Assembly (NCBI GenBank): GCA_016285075.1
Contig: JAEEQB010000007.1
Location: 14,302 to 78,301, forward strand
Origin: Prevotella sp.
GTDB taxonomy: Bacteria > Bacteroidota > Bacteroidia > Bacteroidales > Bacteroidaceae
DNA: 64,000 nt
Reading direction: 5' to 3'
Shown: piece by piece, positions 28,484 through 38,105 of the stretch
Layout of the letters: each line of letters begins with the position of its first letter
Numbering within the stretch: the first letter of the stretch is position 1
Notes under the pieces: generated by a model
Database searches by the model: none
The model's input: only the letters and a program-made list of their open reading frames with translations
Told to the model about the DNA's origin: nothing
Made by a program: the position numbers and the translations under genes

Positions 28484-28523
28484 CTTTCGTTGTATAGTAT
28501 TAACTCGTAAAAATATCGCCATT

Positions 28524-28838
28524 ATGTACACTTTAGAAGAAATCAATCAAGCGGCATCAGCCAAAGCGTGGAAAATCTTTTGGGTCTGGTTACTGGTATT
28601 CGGTATTCCAGTAGGTTTCCTGAACTATAAAGCAATATCTTATGGTGACCCTCCATTGTTCATGCTCGACTTATTTCTAATCTTTGGCGCTGGGATAATG
28701 TCTTGGGTTGCGTATGCTAACGAAAGAAAGAAACTGAATAATGAGAACGCAGAAGAAGAACGACAGCAGCGTGAAGAACATTACCGCAAGATGGAAGAAC
28801 TCTTAGAAAAGATGTCGAAAGACAAGGAAACCACATGA
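28524..28838 (+). CDS. Small membrane protein (two predicted TM helices, charged coiled-coil tail)
   Basis: Hydrophobic segments are WKIFWVWLLVFGIPVGFL and LFMLDLFLIFGAGIMSWVAY. The start was set to the internal ATG after the leader. Confidence 0.5.
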   Translation: MYTLEEINQAASAKAWKIFWVWLLVFGIPVGFLNYKAISYGDPPLFMLDLFLIFGAGIMSWVAYANERKKLNNENAEEERQQREEHYRKMEELLEKMSKDKETT

Positions 28839-28917
28839 TTACCACACTACAAGCAATGCTACGTGCTTAATACAATTCAGATAGTAACTTATACGCTCAC
28901 TTATAAAACTCATCGTT

Positions 28918-29391
28918 ATGCGCAATTATTCGATTACAAACTTAGAGCAAAGCAAAAGGCTCTTTTATGCAGGTCTGAAATTCCGAACCGCTGATTATAT
29001 CGTTGATTCTACATTCTCCAAGGTCGAAAGCGTTATGAACGTTATCGAAAAACCGATTAGGATTGAAGCACCATCGGACTTGAAGAAAGCAGAAACAAGT
29101 AAATATATGTCCGTTGCATGGTCTCTTGGTAAACTCATTCACATGCTACCAGATAGTATTCCATCGGCTTATGATGAAAACAATAATGAGGTTGCCAATG
29201 GTGAACCCATAGACTTCAATCTTGTCATAGGTCGTAACTCTATTCGTTACGTTTCGGATAATGGCGTATGCCGTTTAAGTGCTTTGGGTGCTTGTCTGCT
29301 TGATGCTGCGGTAGATATGACAGAGAAAATACTAAAAGAAAGTTATTATCTGTACGATGACGATGGAGAAGATGAATGGTACGATGAATAA
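28918..29391 (+). CDS. Hypothetical protein with a strongly acidic C-terminus
   Basis: The ORF is followed by a terminator. I recognise no family motif. The tail is YLYDDDGEDEWYDE. Confidence 0.45.
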   Translation: MRNYSITNLEQSKRLFYAGLKFRTADYIVDSTFSKVESVMNVIEKPIRIEAPSDLKKAETSKYMSVAWSLGKLIHMLPDSIPSAYDENNNEVANGEPIDFNLVIGRNSIRYVSDNGVCRLSALGACLLDAAVDMTEKILKESYYLYDDDGEDEWYDE

Positions 29392-29407
29392 TATAAGAAC
29401 CAAAAGG

Positions 29408-29446
29408 AAATGAGGATTGCTAAAACTATCCTCATTTTTCTTTTTC
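29408..29446 (+). terminator. Rho-independent terminator
   Basis: aaatgaggat pairs with atcctcattt in a 10-bp stem, followed by a T-rich run. Confidence 0.65.
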
Positions 29447-29677
29447 TCTAATCGCCATTTGACAAAACATACTGACAAATTGGCAAGATATTCTGACATC
29501 AACACTTCGGCATAGAATTTGCGAAATCGCATTAGAGCCTAAAGGCTTTCACAAGCCTTTGAGTCCGATAGGATTGTGACGGGGAACACTAATCTTTGCC
29601 TGTTAACCAGAAGATAGCAGAGTACCTCTCTGTATAAAAGGAGGATAACACGTTTAATCATAAAATTTTGAGACAAA

Positions 29678-29929
29678 ATGGCAGAACGAAATACAAGTAA
29701 GTATGAGTTGACCAGGGGTAACAAAGTTGTTTATGTCGGTATCACTGAAGACCCTGCTGGCAGAGAAGCACAGCACCGCCAAGATAAGGACTTCGACAAA
29801 ATGAGGATTGTCGGTGCAAAGTCCACTCGAAGCGGTGCTGAGCAGTGGGAGACGGAAAGGATACATACCTATATGAAAAATCATGGAGGTAATACACCTG
29901 AATACAACAAGAACACTTCTGGCAAGTGA
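29678..29929 (+). CDS. Stand-alone GIY-YIG-like mini-protein (83 aa)
   Basis: YELTRGNKVVYVGIT (a GIY...YIG-like pair), then REAQHR and AEQWETERI, which could supply the conserved Arg and Glu. Confidence 0.45.
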   Translation: MAERNTSKYELTRGNKVVYVGITEDPAGREAQHRQDKDFDKMRIVGAKSTRSGAEQWETERIHTYMKNHGGNTPEYNKNTSGK

Positions 29930-29983
29930 TTTGTTATACCGTCCAGTCAAATAGTGTTGGGAGCACTATTCTGACTCTTTCCA

Positions 29984-30021
29984 AGCGACTGGCGTTTTAG
30001 GCTCTGCGGCAGTCGCTTTTT
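29984..30021 (+). terminator. Terminator hairpin between convergent genes
   Basis: agcgactg pairs with cagtcgct in an 8-bp stem, followed by ttttt. Confidence 0.55.
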
Positions 30022-30040
30022 ATTATAACGTTGTCATCTA

Positions 30041-30457
30041 CTATTTATTGTCTTTAGTCAGCATAAGTTCACGGATATATTGCTGAAACTCTCTCTGCGT
30101 TGAAAACTTGCTTTCGTCAAACTTAACGTTTGCAAGCCGTTCAAACTGACGGATAGTATTCATTCCTACAATTTGGAATTTAATGTTTTGCTGAGAATCT
30201 AATGATAATAGTTTCCCCTCTTTCTTTTTACTCCTTATCAATATAGATAGCAGTTTACGGATGATACCTATTGAAAATCTCTTTTTATTGCTTTCCACTT
30301 CTTTATCGACAATGGGAAATAGATTGATAAAGTCATCTTTGTCCTCCAAATCAAAAAGTTCAGAAAATAGCGGATTACTATTTTGTTCACCTCTAATCTC
30401 CATTTGGCAACCATTATCGGTCTCTACTTGCTCTATAATAATCTGAGTTCTTCGCAT
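30041..30457 (-). CDS. Hypothetical protein (138 aa)
   Basis: It is an AT-rich ORF convergent with the GIY-YIG-like gene. I recognise no motif. Confidence 0.4.
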   Translation of the reverse strand: MRRTQIIIEQVETDNGCQMEIRGEQNSNPLFSELFDLEDKDDFINLFPIVDKEVESNKKRFSIGIIRKLLSILIRSKKKEGKLLSLDSQQNIKFQIVGMNTIRQFERLANVKFDESKFSTQREFQQYIRELMLTKDNK

Positions 30458-30895
30458 AGTTCTTTTTTTCTATTGTAACAATGATATAAATATGTGATAT
30501 TTTATAGTTGTGGCTTTTCATACCTAATTGTCAAAAATCGGTTTGATTTATATACCATGATTTCCCATAAAAATGTAGTCACGACTGTGGGTGTCATGAC
30601 TACAAAATTTCTTGGTAAGTTTGGAGAAATAGTTTTTATATTGCGGAATGCCTTTATTTATCGTGGTTTGCGGAGATTTTTGGGTGATTGTTATACTTTG
30701 TCACCATTATTAATAAGGTATATAATATCATATAGAGAATGGCCATTGTCATGCAAAAAGGGACAATTTGTGTGTGTAAAATACCGAAGATGTATTAAAA
30801 ATCCGTTTTCCCCGTCATTATTTGACCTTTGTCAACAAAAGGGCTGTTTGCGCACACAATACGATGGAAAATATTGCCAGTTTGAAAAATCGCCG

Positions 30896-30903
30896 TAACT
30901 TTG
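30896..30903 (+). promoter_or_regulatory. TAACTTTG -7 box for the gene at 31014
   Basis: It matches the consensus. It lies inside a 17-mer identical to 7240-7256. Confidence 0.5.
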
Positions 30904-31013
30904 CACCCGAAAACGAGAGCGAAAGCACTCGAAAAAGGATAACATACACAAACTAACAAAGTAGGGGAGCAACGGACTGACACATCCGCCCCGAGTAAAG
31001 AAAAGAAAGGAAA

Positions 31014-31385
31014 ATGAAAATGAAAAGATTGTTTTTGATGACGATTGCAATGCTTAGCATGACTATGGCATTTGCAGAGAATGAGGAAGTAAAGAACGTT
31101 AACAACGTTGAGGCCTACGACATGACAGTCAACATGCGCAAACTGGGTGAGGCACTCTCGCTGACTGCCGACCAGATGGAGGCTGTTCAGGACATTCACC
31201 ACACCTTCAACGCTGAGATGCAGTTCGCTGCCCAGCTGAATAAGGATGAACGTGATGCCATGGTGAAGCAGGCCGTCAAGAAGGATGTGAAGTATATGCA
31301 CTACATCCTCAACGACAAGCAGTACCGCAGGTATCTGTTGCTGCTGAACACCACGCTCAACAACCGTGGCCTGAACGTAGAGTAA
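31014..31385 (+). CDS. Small secreted protein
   Basis: It has the signal peptide MKMKRLFLMTIAMLSMTMAFA and is followed by a strong terminator. Confidence 0.6.
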   Translation: MKMKRLFLMTIAMLSMTMAFAENEEVKNVNNVEAYDMTVNMRKLGEALSLTADQMEAVQDIHHTFNAEMQFAAQLNKDERDAMVKQAVKKDVKYMHYILNDKQYRRYLLLLNTTLNNRGLNVE

Positions 31386-31420
31386 GAGTAAAGAACGTTA
31401 GTAAAAAAGAATTTGAGAGA

Positions 31421-31450
31421 GGGATGCGCCAAGGACGCATCCCCTTTTTT
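31421..31450 (+). terminator. Rho-independent terminator
   Basis: gggatgcg pairs with cgcatccc, followed by tttttt. Confidence 0.75.
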
Positions 31451-31627
31451 GTACGCTGCTCCCCAGTTTCTCCCTACTAAACCTCTACCTAACCTCTACC
31501 CGTCATCTACCATTCGTCTGTACAGAAGGAGCCTCGGAGTTCGGTATATCCAGGCACATAGCGAACTGCGCGATGCGGTGAATGTCCGTCTCGGCACCCC
31601 CTTTTTGGGGGTGGACTAAGACTCTGC

Positions 31628-32353
31628 TCACGGTTGTGAACTAGTGTCTTGTGGATGGGAATTGAGTATGTCCATGTATCTGTCGTAAGTGATATGCCTG
31701 CCACCCATGGACTTGAAGAGTGGGGTCTCGAACTGGCAGTCTATGAAGTGACCGCCGATGGTTTCCATTGCCTTTGCCAGATGGATCAGCGCCAGTTTCG
31801 AGGCATTGGGAACCTGCGAGAACATGCTTTCGCCGAAAAAGGCCCTGCGCAGGGTGACTCCATAGAGACCTCCTACAAGCCTTCTTCCCTGGGCGTTCAC
31901 TGATGGCGAGTCCGGACGAGGCTTGTCTGCATCCTGCCTTTCCCATACTTCTACGCTTGTGGCATAGCCAAGCCGGTGCAGGCGGGTGAATGCCTCGATG
32001 ATATTCGGTCCGAGCCATGCACCGCTCTCCTCGTTGCGTCCCTGTGCAGTGGCGCATCCACGTATGACACCGTCAAAGTCCTGGTTGACAGTCACTTCAT
32101 ACTTGCGCTGCCTGATGAGTTGGCGCATGGAGTGGCTGACGTGGATTTCATGCGGGAAAATGACGTAGCGGTCGAGTGGACAATACCAATGAGGCTCACG
32201 CTCCATCTGGAAGGCATACCAGGGGAAGAATCCGTTGCTATAGGCCAGCAGCAGACGCTCAACGGACAAGTCGCCACCAATGGCCACCAGCCCGTCGTCC
32301 TCTCCCCATCGTGGATTGGGGAACCACAAGTCGTCGTCTAATTGCCAAACCAT
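31628..32353 (-). CDS. aat: Leucyl/phenylalanyl-tRNA--protein transferase
   Basis: FPNP....DGLVAIGGDLS.ERLL.AY..G.FPW fits Aat, and it sits next to clpA and clpS. Confidence 0.85.
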   Translation of the reverse strand: MVWQLDDDLWFPNPRWGEDDGLVAIGGDLSVERLLLAYSNGFFPWYAFQMEREPHWYCPLDRYVIFPHEIHVSHSMRQLIRQRKYEVTVNQDFDGVIRGCATAQGRNEESGAWLGPNIIEAFTRLHRLGYATSVEVWERQDADKPRPDSPSVNAQGRRLVGGLYGVTLRRAFFGESMFSQVPNASKLALIHLAKAMETIGGHFIDCQFETPLFKSMGGRHITYDRYMDILNSHPQDTSSQP

Positions 32354-32356
32354 GGG

Positions 32357-34594
32357 TTAATTGATGATTGAAAGCCGGGAATTGCAGGTTCCTATGGTGA
32401 CGGTGCCGCCCTGCTTCAGACTACCGAAAAGTATCTCGCGCATGAGCAGCGGTTTCAGCTGCTGCGATATCACCCTGTCCATCTCTCTGGCTCCGTACTC
32501 AGCCGTAAAGCCTTCTTTCAGCAGATGGTCGAAGGCTTCGGGGGTGAGTGTCATCTTCACCTGTCTGACTTCGAGCTTGGCATCCAGTTCGCGTAGTTTT
32601 TTCTTCAGGATCAGTGTAGCCATCTCCTTGTCCATGTCACGGAACACCACTGCTCCCGACAGCCTGTTGAGGAACTCGGGCTTGAAGGTTCTCTTTACCT
32701 GCTTCATCATGGCTTCGCCACGGCTCACACTGCTGTTGAAACCGATGCTGCCTTGTGATGCGAACTGAGCTCCGGCATTGGAGGTCATGATGAGGATCAC
32801 ATTGCGGAAATCGGCTTTGCGCCCTTTGTTGTCAGTCAGACGGGCATAGTCCATCACCTGCAACAGTATGTTGTAGATGTCCTGATGTGCCTTTTCTATC
32901 TCGTCGAGCAGCAACACACTGTTGGGGGTCTTGCGTATGGCATCGGTCAGCAGTCCGCCGTCCTCATAGCCCACATAGCCTGCAGGCGAGCCAATGAGCT
33001 TTGCAACAGTGTGTTTCTCAGTATATTCGCTCATGTCGAAGCGTATCAGCTCGATGCCCAGTTCCTTGGCCAGCACCCGTGCCACCTCGGTTTTGCCCAC
33101 TCCCGTGGGACCGACGAACAGCAGCGAGGCCAAGGGCTTGTTGTCGTCAAGCAGGCCGGCACGTGACATCTGCACGGCCTCTACTACCTGCCTGATGGCT
33201 TCGTCCTGCCCATAGATCTGTGAGATCATGCGGCCCGACAGGGTCTCTAGCTGCTCATAGTCGTGTTCTTCGGCCATCGACAGCGCATCCACCTTGCAGG
33301 TCTTCGACAGGACATCGGCAATGTCGGCTTTGGTAACAGCAGCGGTGCATGCCGGCTTCTCTCTCGTTGTTCCCGATGCCTCACTTTCCTTGGCTGCTCC
33401 GGCTTCGTCTATCAGGTCAATGGCTTTGTCGGGCAGGTAACGGTCGTTGATGTATTTGGCACTGGCTTCCACGGCAAACGAAATGGCATCGTCGTCATAT
33501 TTCACCATGTGGAACTCCTCATACCTCGGTTGCAGCTGCTTCAGGATGTGTTTGGCCTCGTCTACGGTCGGCTCGCCGATGTCTATCTGCTGGAACCTGC
33601 GGATCAGCCCTTTAGAACGTGAGAAGTGTCGGTTGTACTCCTCGTAGGTGGTGGAGCCGATGAAGCGTATGGTGCCTGATTCCAGGTAGGGCTTCAGCAT
33701 GTTTGATGCATCCAGTGCACTGTCGCTCGTGGCGCCGGCTCCTACCAGCGTATGTATCTCGTCAATATACACAATGTTGTTGCCGCCCTCCGACTGAATA
33801 CCCTCCATAATCTGCTTGATGCGGTTCTCGAAGTCGCCTCGGAACTGTGTTCCGGCCACGAGTGTACCCATGTCGAGCTGGTAGATCCTGCTTCCTTTCA
33901 GCCGCTGGGGTACCTTTTGCTCCTCGATGAGTCGTGCCAGCCCCCAGACAAGTGCTGTCTTGCCCACACCCGGTTCACCTACGTGCAGCGGATTGTTCTT
34001 GTCACGCCGGCACAGCACCTGAATGGTGCGTTTCAGTTCCTGTTCCCTGCCAATCAGGGGGTTCTGGTGCTGGTAGAGGTCGTTCATGCAGGTCACCAGC
34101 CGTTTCCATGAGGCCTTGTTGTCAGCCGGTTCCTCCTTTTCCTGCAGAGAGTCGTCGAAATCGTAGAAATTGATCATCTGGCTCAGGAAGTTCGCTTCCT
34201 TGCCGTAGAGACTGTCTTTCAGCAGGTAGGCAGCCCACGAGTCTTCGAGTGCAAGAATGCCTCTTGTCAGGTGTGGAATGTCCAAAGCCTCGGCACTGCT
34301 CGATACCACGGTCTGGACAGCCAGCTCTAACACTTTTGACAACTGTTCTGACACTTCTGGCTCATATTCTGTTCCTTCGGGAATGGTCTCAACGCTTTCC
34401 AGATACTCCTTGATGCGGACTTCCAGCTGGTAGGGACTATAGAAGATGTTCAACGCAGCATTGAAGTTGAATTCTCCTATCAGTTCCAGCAGCAGGTGCT
34501 CGGGCATGATGAACTCATGCCTATAGCTCTTGCAGCATTCTAGAGCCTTGTTCAGTATCTTCGAGGCACGTTCTGTTTGTTTTATCTCTGACAT
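32357..34594 (-). CDS. clpA: ATP-dependent Clp protease ATP-binding subunit ClpA
   Basis: It has two AAA+ modules (GEPGVGKT and GPTGVGKT) and no ClpB-type middle domain. clpS lies upstream. Confidence 0.9.
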   Translation of the reverse strand: MSEIKQTERASKILNKALECCKSYRHEFIMPEHLLLELIGEFNFNAALNIFYSPYQLEVRIKEYLESVETIPEGTEYEPEVSEQLSKVLELAVQTVVSSSAEALDIPHLTRGILALEDSWAAYLLKDSLYGKEANFLSQMINFYDFDDSLQEKEEPADNKASWKRLVTCMNDLYQHQNPLIGREQELKRTIQVLCRRDKNNPLHVGEPGVGKTALVWGLARLIEEQKVPQRLKGSRIYQLDMGTLVAGTQFRGDFENRIKQIMEGIQSEGGNNIVYIDEIHTLVGAGATSDSALDASNMLKPYLESGTIRFIGSTTYEEYNRHFSRSKGLIRRFQQIDIGEPTVDEAKHILKQLQPRYEEFHMVKYDDDAISFAVEASAKYINDRYLPDKAIDLIDEAGAAKESEASGTTREKPACTAAVTKADIADVLSKTCKVDALSMAEEHDYEQLETLSGRMISQIYGQDEAIRQVVEAVQMSRAGLLDDNKPLASLLFVGPTGVGKTEVARVLAKELGIELIRFDMSEYTEKHTVAKLIGSPAGYVGYEDGGLLTDAIRKTPNSVLLLDEIEKAHQDIYNILLQVMDYARLTDNKGRKADFRNVILIMTSNAGAQFASQGSIGFNSSVSRGEAMMKQVKRTFKPEFLNRLSGAVVFRDMDKEMATLILKKKLRELDAKLEVRQVKMTLTPEAFDHLLKEGFTAEYGAREMDRVISQQLKPLLMREILFGSLKQGGTVTIGTCNSRLSIIN

Positions 34595-34641
34595 AATGTT
34601 TGCTTCTCTTGATGTTTCACATAGAGTCCCTGGCTTTTCGG

Positions 34642-34953
34642 TCAGTCGCTGACTTCCGGTTCTACGGTCAGTCTGAGCGGATATCCCTTCTCGCGTGCCA
34701 TGTTGGTGGCCTTACGCGTCTTCGACATGGCAATGTCGTAGCTGTAGATACCCACCACTGCCTTGTCCGAGTGGTGTACCTGCAGCATCAGTGCATTGGC
34801 ATCTTCCTCGCTCTTCAGGAATACTTGCATGAGTATCATCACTACAAACTCCATTGTTGTGAAGTCATCGTTGTGGATGATTACCTTGTATCGTCGCGGC
34901 TCTCTCAGGTTTGTGTGTTGCCGTTCTCTTATTTGTGACTGTTCCTTTGCCAT
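34642..34953 (-). CDS. clpS: ATP-dependent Clp protease adaptor ClpS
   Basis: YKVIIHNDDFTTMEFVV fits ClpS. The start was trimmed to MAKEQ. Confidence 0.9.
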   Translation of the reverse strand: MAKEQSQIRERQHTNLREPRRYKVIIHNDDFTTMEFVVMILMQVFLKSEEDANALMLQVHHSDKAVVGIYSYDIAMSKTRKATNMAREKGYPLRLTVEPEVSD

Positions 34954-35078
34954 ATGTATAATGATAATTGGCGGCAAATTTAGCAAATTCTTTCCGATAA
35001 TCAATCTAAAAACGATAAAAAATGCCGATAGCGCTTAAAAATGTCAATTGTCGGTTGTCAATTATCAATTAATTGTCG

Positions 35079-35086
35079 TACCTTTG
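35079..35086 (+). promoter_or_regulatory. TACCTTTG -7 box ending 4 nt before the ATG at 35091
   Basis: It matches the consensus. The spacing suggests a leaderless or near-leaderless mRNA. Confidence 0.4.
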
Positions 35087-35090
35087 TGCC

Positions 35091-37316
35091 ATGATTTACC
35101 GGTTATTGGTGTGCTGTGTCTTAGCACTAAGCTCTTGCCCTGTCTTCTCCCAACAAGAGAAGATGTCAGCGTTTATCCGTCAGTTGGCCTCACGCCAGCA
35201 CTCATCTCCTTCCTCCAAAGTCTTTCCTCCTACTTCCAGGGTCAATGCACCCCGAGGCTCGTCGGCTGCCGAGAGCGAGGTGTGTGCCTTCGTTCGTATC
35301 GAGGGTGGACAGCCGGAGCGTGTGCTGTCCGAGAACGGCTGTCGAAGCCTGGCCCATTGGGGCGACATTCATATTGCCATGATTCCGCTTTCCTCAATCG
35401 ACAGGTTGGCAGCACAGCCAGCCGTGAGCCGCATTGAGGCACGTCGGTCCTGCCACCTGCTCATGGACACGACGGCCCTTTGTGTCAATGCACTGCCGGT
35501 CTACGAAGGCAACCATCTGCAGCAGGCCTATACTGGCCGGGGGGTGGTGATGGGGGTGATGGACATAGGCTTTGACCTCACCCATCCTAATTTCTATAGT
35601 GCCGACCTCAGCGACTATCGCATACGCCGGTTCTGGGACCAGCTGGACCTGGCACGCAACGATACGCTGCCTGTGGGCAGTGACTATGACGGTGCCGATG
35701 CCATTCTTGCCTATGCCCACTCTCGCGACGGCCTGGACCAGACTCACGGCACCCATACCTTGGGAATAGCTGCCGGCAGCGGCTATGATTCTCCCTATAG
35801 AGGCATGGCCTTCGAGAGCGACATCTGTCTGGTGGCCAATGCCACTACCGAGGATATAGCCCTCATCGACAGTACAGAGCTCTATAAGTACACTTCGGCT
35901 ACCGATGCCCTGGGCTTCAAGTATATTTTCGACTATGCCCAGTCTGTTGGACAGCCCTGTGTCATCTCGTTCAGTGAGGGAGGACCTCAGGGATTCTCAG
36001 ACGAAGAACGTCTGTTCTACGAGGTGCTCGACTCTCTCACCGGCCCGGGACGCATCCTCGTGGCTGCTGCTGGCAATTCCGGCGATGACGACTGCTACGT
36101 GCAGAAGCCTGTAGGCAAGGAGCTGGCCGGGACCTACATTTTCGATTTCGACAAGGACGCGTCCTTTGCTGCCCGTGGCGATTCACCTTACACCGTGCGT
36201 GTGGTGGCCTATATGGAAGACGAGGAGCCCGATACACTTCTCATCCACCCCTTCTCTGATGCATTGGCGCCCGACACCATTATCCATGTATTTCCCAGGG
36301 ATGTCACCCTCAAAGCCCTTTGCTACCGTTCTTTCTACAACCCCCAGGATATGGCAGTGGAGGTGGGCCTGAGTGGACCTGACAGCTGGAAAGCATTGGA
36401 CTGGATTGGAATGAAGCCTGAGTTCTCTATTGAGGTGATAGGCGAGGATGCCGAAGTCGAGCTGTTGCTCCAGGACGGTTACTTCTTGGGTGGTGTGAAC
36501 TACGACGTTGTCCATGAGGATGCAGAGCCGTCACATAGCATCCACTCTCCCGGCGCAGCTCCATCGGTCATCTGTGTCGGAGCCTCCTCCCATCGTACGG
36601 CCATCCGCAACTATGAGGGGGCTTGGCGCATCTTTGATATGGGTACCAATGGCAGGCGTGCCGACTTCTCATCGGTAGGTCCCACATTTGACGGCCGCAT
36701 CAAGCCCGATGTGATGGCTCCCGGTACTAACATCATCTCTTCCTACAGCAGTTTCTACTGTGAGACACATCCCAATGCATCGGACATAGCTTCCAACGTG
36801 AGCCTGTTCGACTTCAACGGACGCTCTTACGCATGGAACAGCAATGCCGGCACGTCCATGGCTACCCCCGTTGTGGCAGGTGCCATAGCCCTTTGGCTGC
36901 AGGCCAAGCCCGACCTCTCGCCCCAGCAGGCACTCGATGTCATCAGCCGTACTGCACGCCATTATACAGATTCTCTGGCCTATCCCAACAACTATTACGG
37001 CTACGGCGAGATTGATGTATACGAAGGTCTGCTAGCTGTGCTTGAATTGGATGTGGTTGACGGTATCAGCCACCATCATCCTGCCAGTGCGCGTATCTCG
37101 GTTGCGTCAGACCGCCAGCTGGTTGTCAGTCAGTGTAAGGAGCCAGTCACTGTACGTATCTTCAACCTCAAGGGTCAGTCGGTTCTCACCTTGCCTCTCA
37201 ACATAGGCGAAGACGGACGGGGCAGTGTCTCGCTTCAGAGTCTTCCGGCAGGGGTCTATGTGGTCCAGCTCAACGGCTCGCCTGCAGTCACCGGTTCCAC
37301 CCTTGTCCGTCTTTAG
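35091..37316 (+). CDS. S8-family (subtilisin-like) serine peptidase with a T9SS C-terminal sorting domain
   Basis: It has a signal peptide, MDIGFD, HGTHT and GTSMATP motifs, and a C-terminal LPAGVYVVQLNG....TLVRL. Confidence 0.85.
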   Translation: MIYRLLVCCVLALSSCPVFSQQEKMSAFIRQLASRQHSSPSSKVFPPTSRVNAPRGSSAAESEVCAFVRIEGGQPERVLSENGCRSLAHWGDIHIAMIPLSSIDRLAAQPAVSRIEARRSCHLLMDTTALCVNALPVYEGNHLQQAYTGRGVVMGVMDIGFDLTHPNFYSADLSDYRIRRFWDQLDLARNDTLPVGSDYDGADAILAYAHSRDGLDQTHGTHTLGIAAGSGYDSPYRGMAFESDICLVANATTEDIALIDSTELYKYTSATDALGFKYIFDYAQSVGQPCVISFSEGGPQGFSDEERLFYEVLDSLTGPGRILVAAAGNSGDDDCYVQKPVGKELAGTYIFDFDKDASFAARGDSPYTVRVVAYMEDEEPDTLLIHPFSDALAPDTIIHVFPRDVTLKALCYRSFYNPQDMAVEVGLSGPDSWKALDWIGMKPEFSIEVIGEDAEVELLLQDGYFLGGVNYDVVHEDAEPSHSIHSPGAAPSVICVGASSHRTAIRNYEGAWRIFDMGTNGRRADFSSVGPTFDGRIKPDVMAPGTNIISSYSSFYCETHPNASDIASNVSLFDFNGRSYAWNSNAGTSMATPVVAGAIALWLQAKPDLSPQQALDVISRTARHYTDSLAYPNNYYGYGEIDVYEGLLAVLELDVVDGISHHHPASARISVASDRQLVVSQCKEPVTVRIFNLKGQSVLTLPLNIGEDGRGSVSLQSLPAGVYVVQLNGSPAVTGSTLVRL

Positions 37317-37337
37317 TCATTCCATATACCACAATTT

Positions 37338-38012
37338 ATGCGCATAGATATCATCACCGTACTGCCCGAAATGATAGAGGGCTTTGTCCACGAGAGCATA
37401 CTGGCCCGTGCCGAGAAGAAAGGGCTGGCAGAAATACATCTTCACAACCTGCGTGACTATACACTTGACAAATGGCGTCGCGTAGACGACTATCCCTATG
37501 GCGGTTCCGCCGGAATGGTGATGCAGTGTGAACCTATAGACCGTTGCATCACGGCGCTCAAGGCAGAACGCGACTACGATGAGGTAATCTTCACCTCGCC
37601 CGATGGGGAGCGGTTCGACCAGCATATGGCCAACGAACTGTCGCTGATGGGGAACCTCATTATCCTGGCAGGCCACTACAAGGGCATAGACCAGCGCATA
37701 CGCGACCACCTCATCACCCGTGAAATCTCCATTGGCGACTTCGTGCTGACAGGAGGCGAACTGGTGGCGGCAATGATTGCCGATGCGGTAGTACGTGTCG
37801 TTCCCGGCGTTATAGGCGATGAGCAAAGTGCACTGAGCGACTGCTTCCAGGACGACCTCCTGGCTGCACCCATCTACACCCGTCCTGCCGACTACAAAGG
37901 ATGGAAAGTGCCTGAGATACTGCTCAGCGGCAATGAAGCCAAGATCCGTAACTGGGAACTGGAACAGGCCTTGGAACGCACACGAAGGCTGCGTCCCGAC
38001 CTGCTTGATTGA
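37338..38012 (+). CDS. trmD: tRNA (guanine37-N1)-methyltransferase
   Basis: [19 protein letters not shown] and [11 protein letters not shown] motifs fit TrmD. Confidence 0.95.
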   Translation: MRIDIITVLPEMIEGFVHESILARAEKKGLAEIHLHNLRDYTLDKWRRVDDYPYGGSAGMVMQCEPIDRCITALKAERDYDEVIFTSPDGERFDQHMANELSLMGNLIILAGHYKGIDQRIRDHLITREISIGDFVLTGGELVAAMIADAVVRVVPGVIGDEQSALSDCFQDDLLAAPIYTRPADYKGWKVPEILLSGNEAKIRNWELEQALERTRRLRPDLLD

Positions 38013-38105
38013 AGGTCGTATGGCCTGCTGCTTGCATGGCCGGACCATAGACAACAAAGACAATGATTATATGATTAACACAATAGCAATGGAAACCCAA
38101 ACAGT

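Noticed and set aside
30494-30898. A 134-aa plus-strand ORF in the AT-rich spacer.
   Set aside because: Its composition is Cys/Phe/Ile/Arg/Tyr-rich, it starts at a non-ATG codon and it runs into the promoter of the next gene. It is most likely non-coding, although this rejection is only moderately confident.
35048-35437. A 129-aa plus-strand ORF overlapping the start of the S8 protease gene.
   Set aside because: It is an alternative frame of the S8 gene and begins upstream of the promoter box. The S8 frame carries the signal peptide and catalytic motifs.
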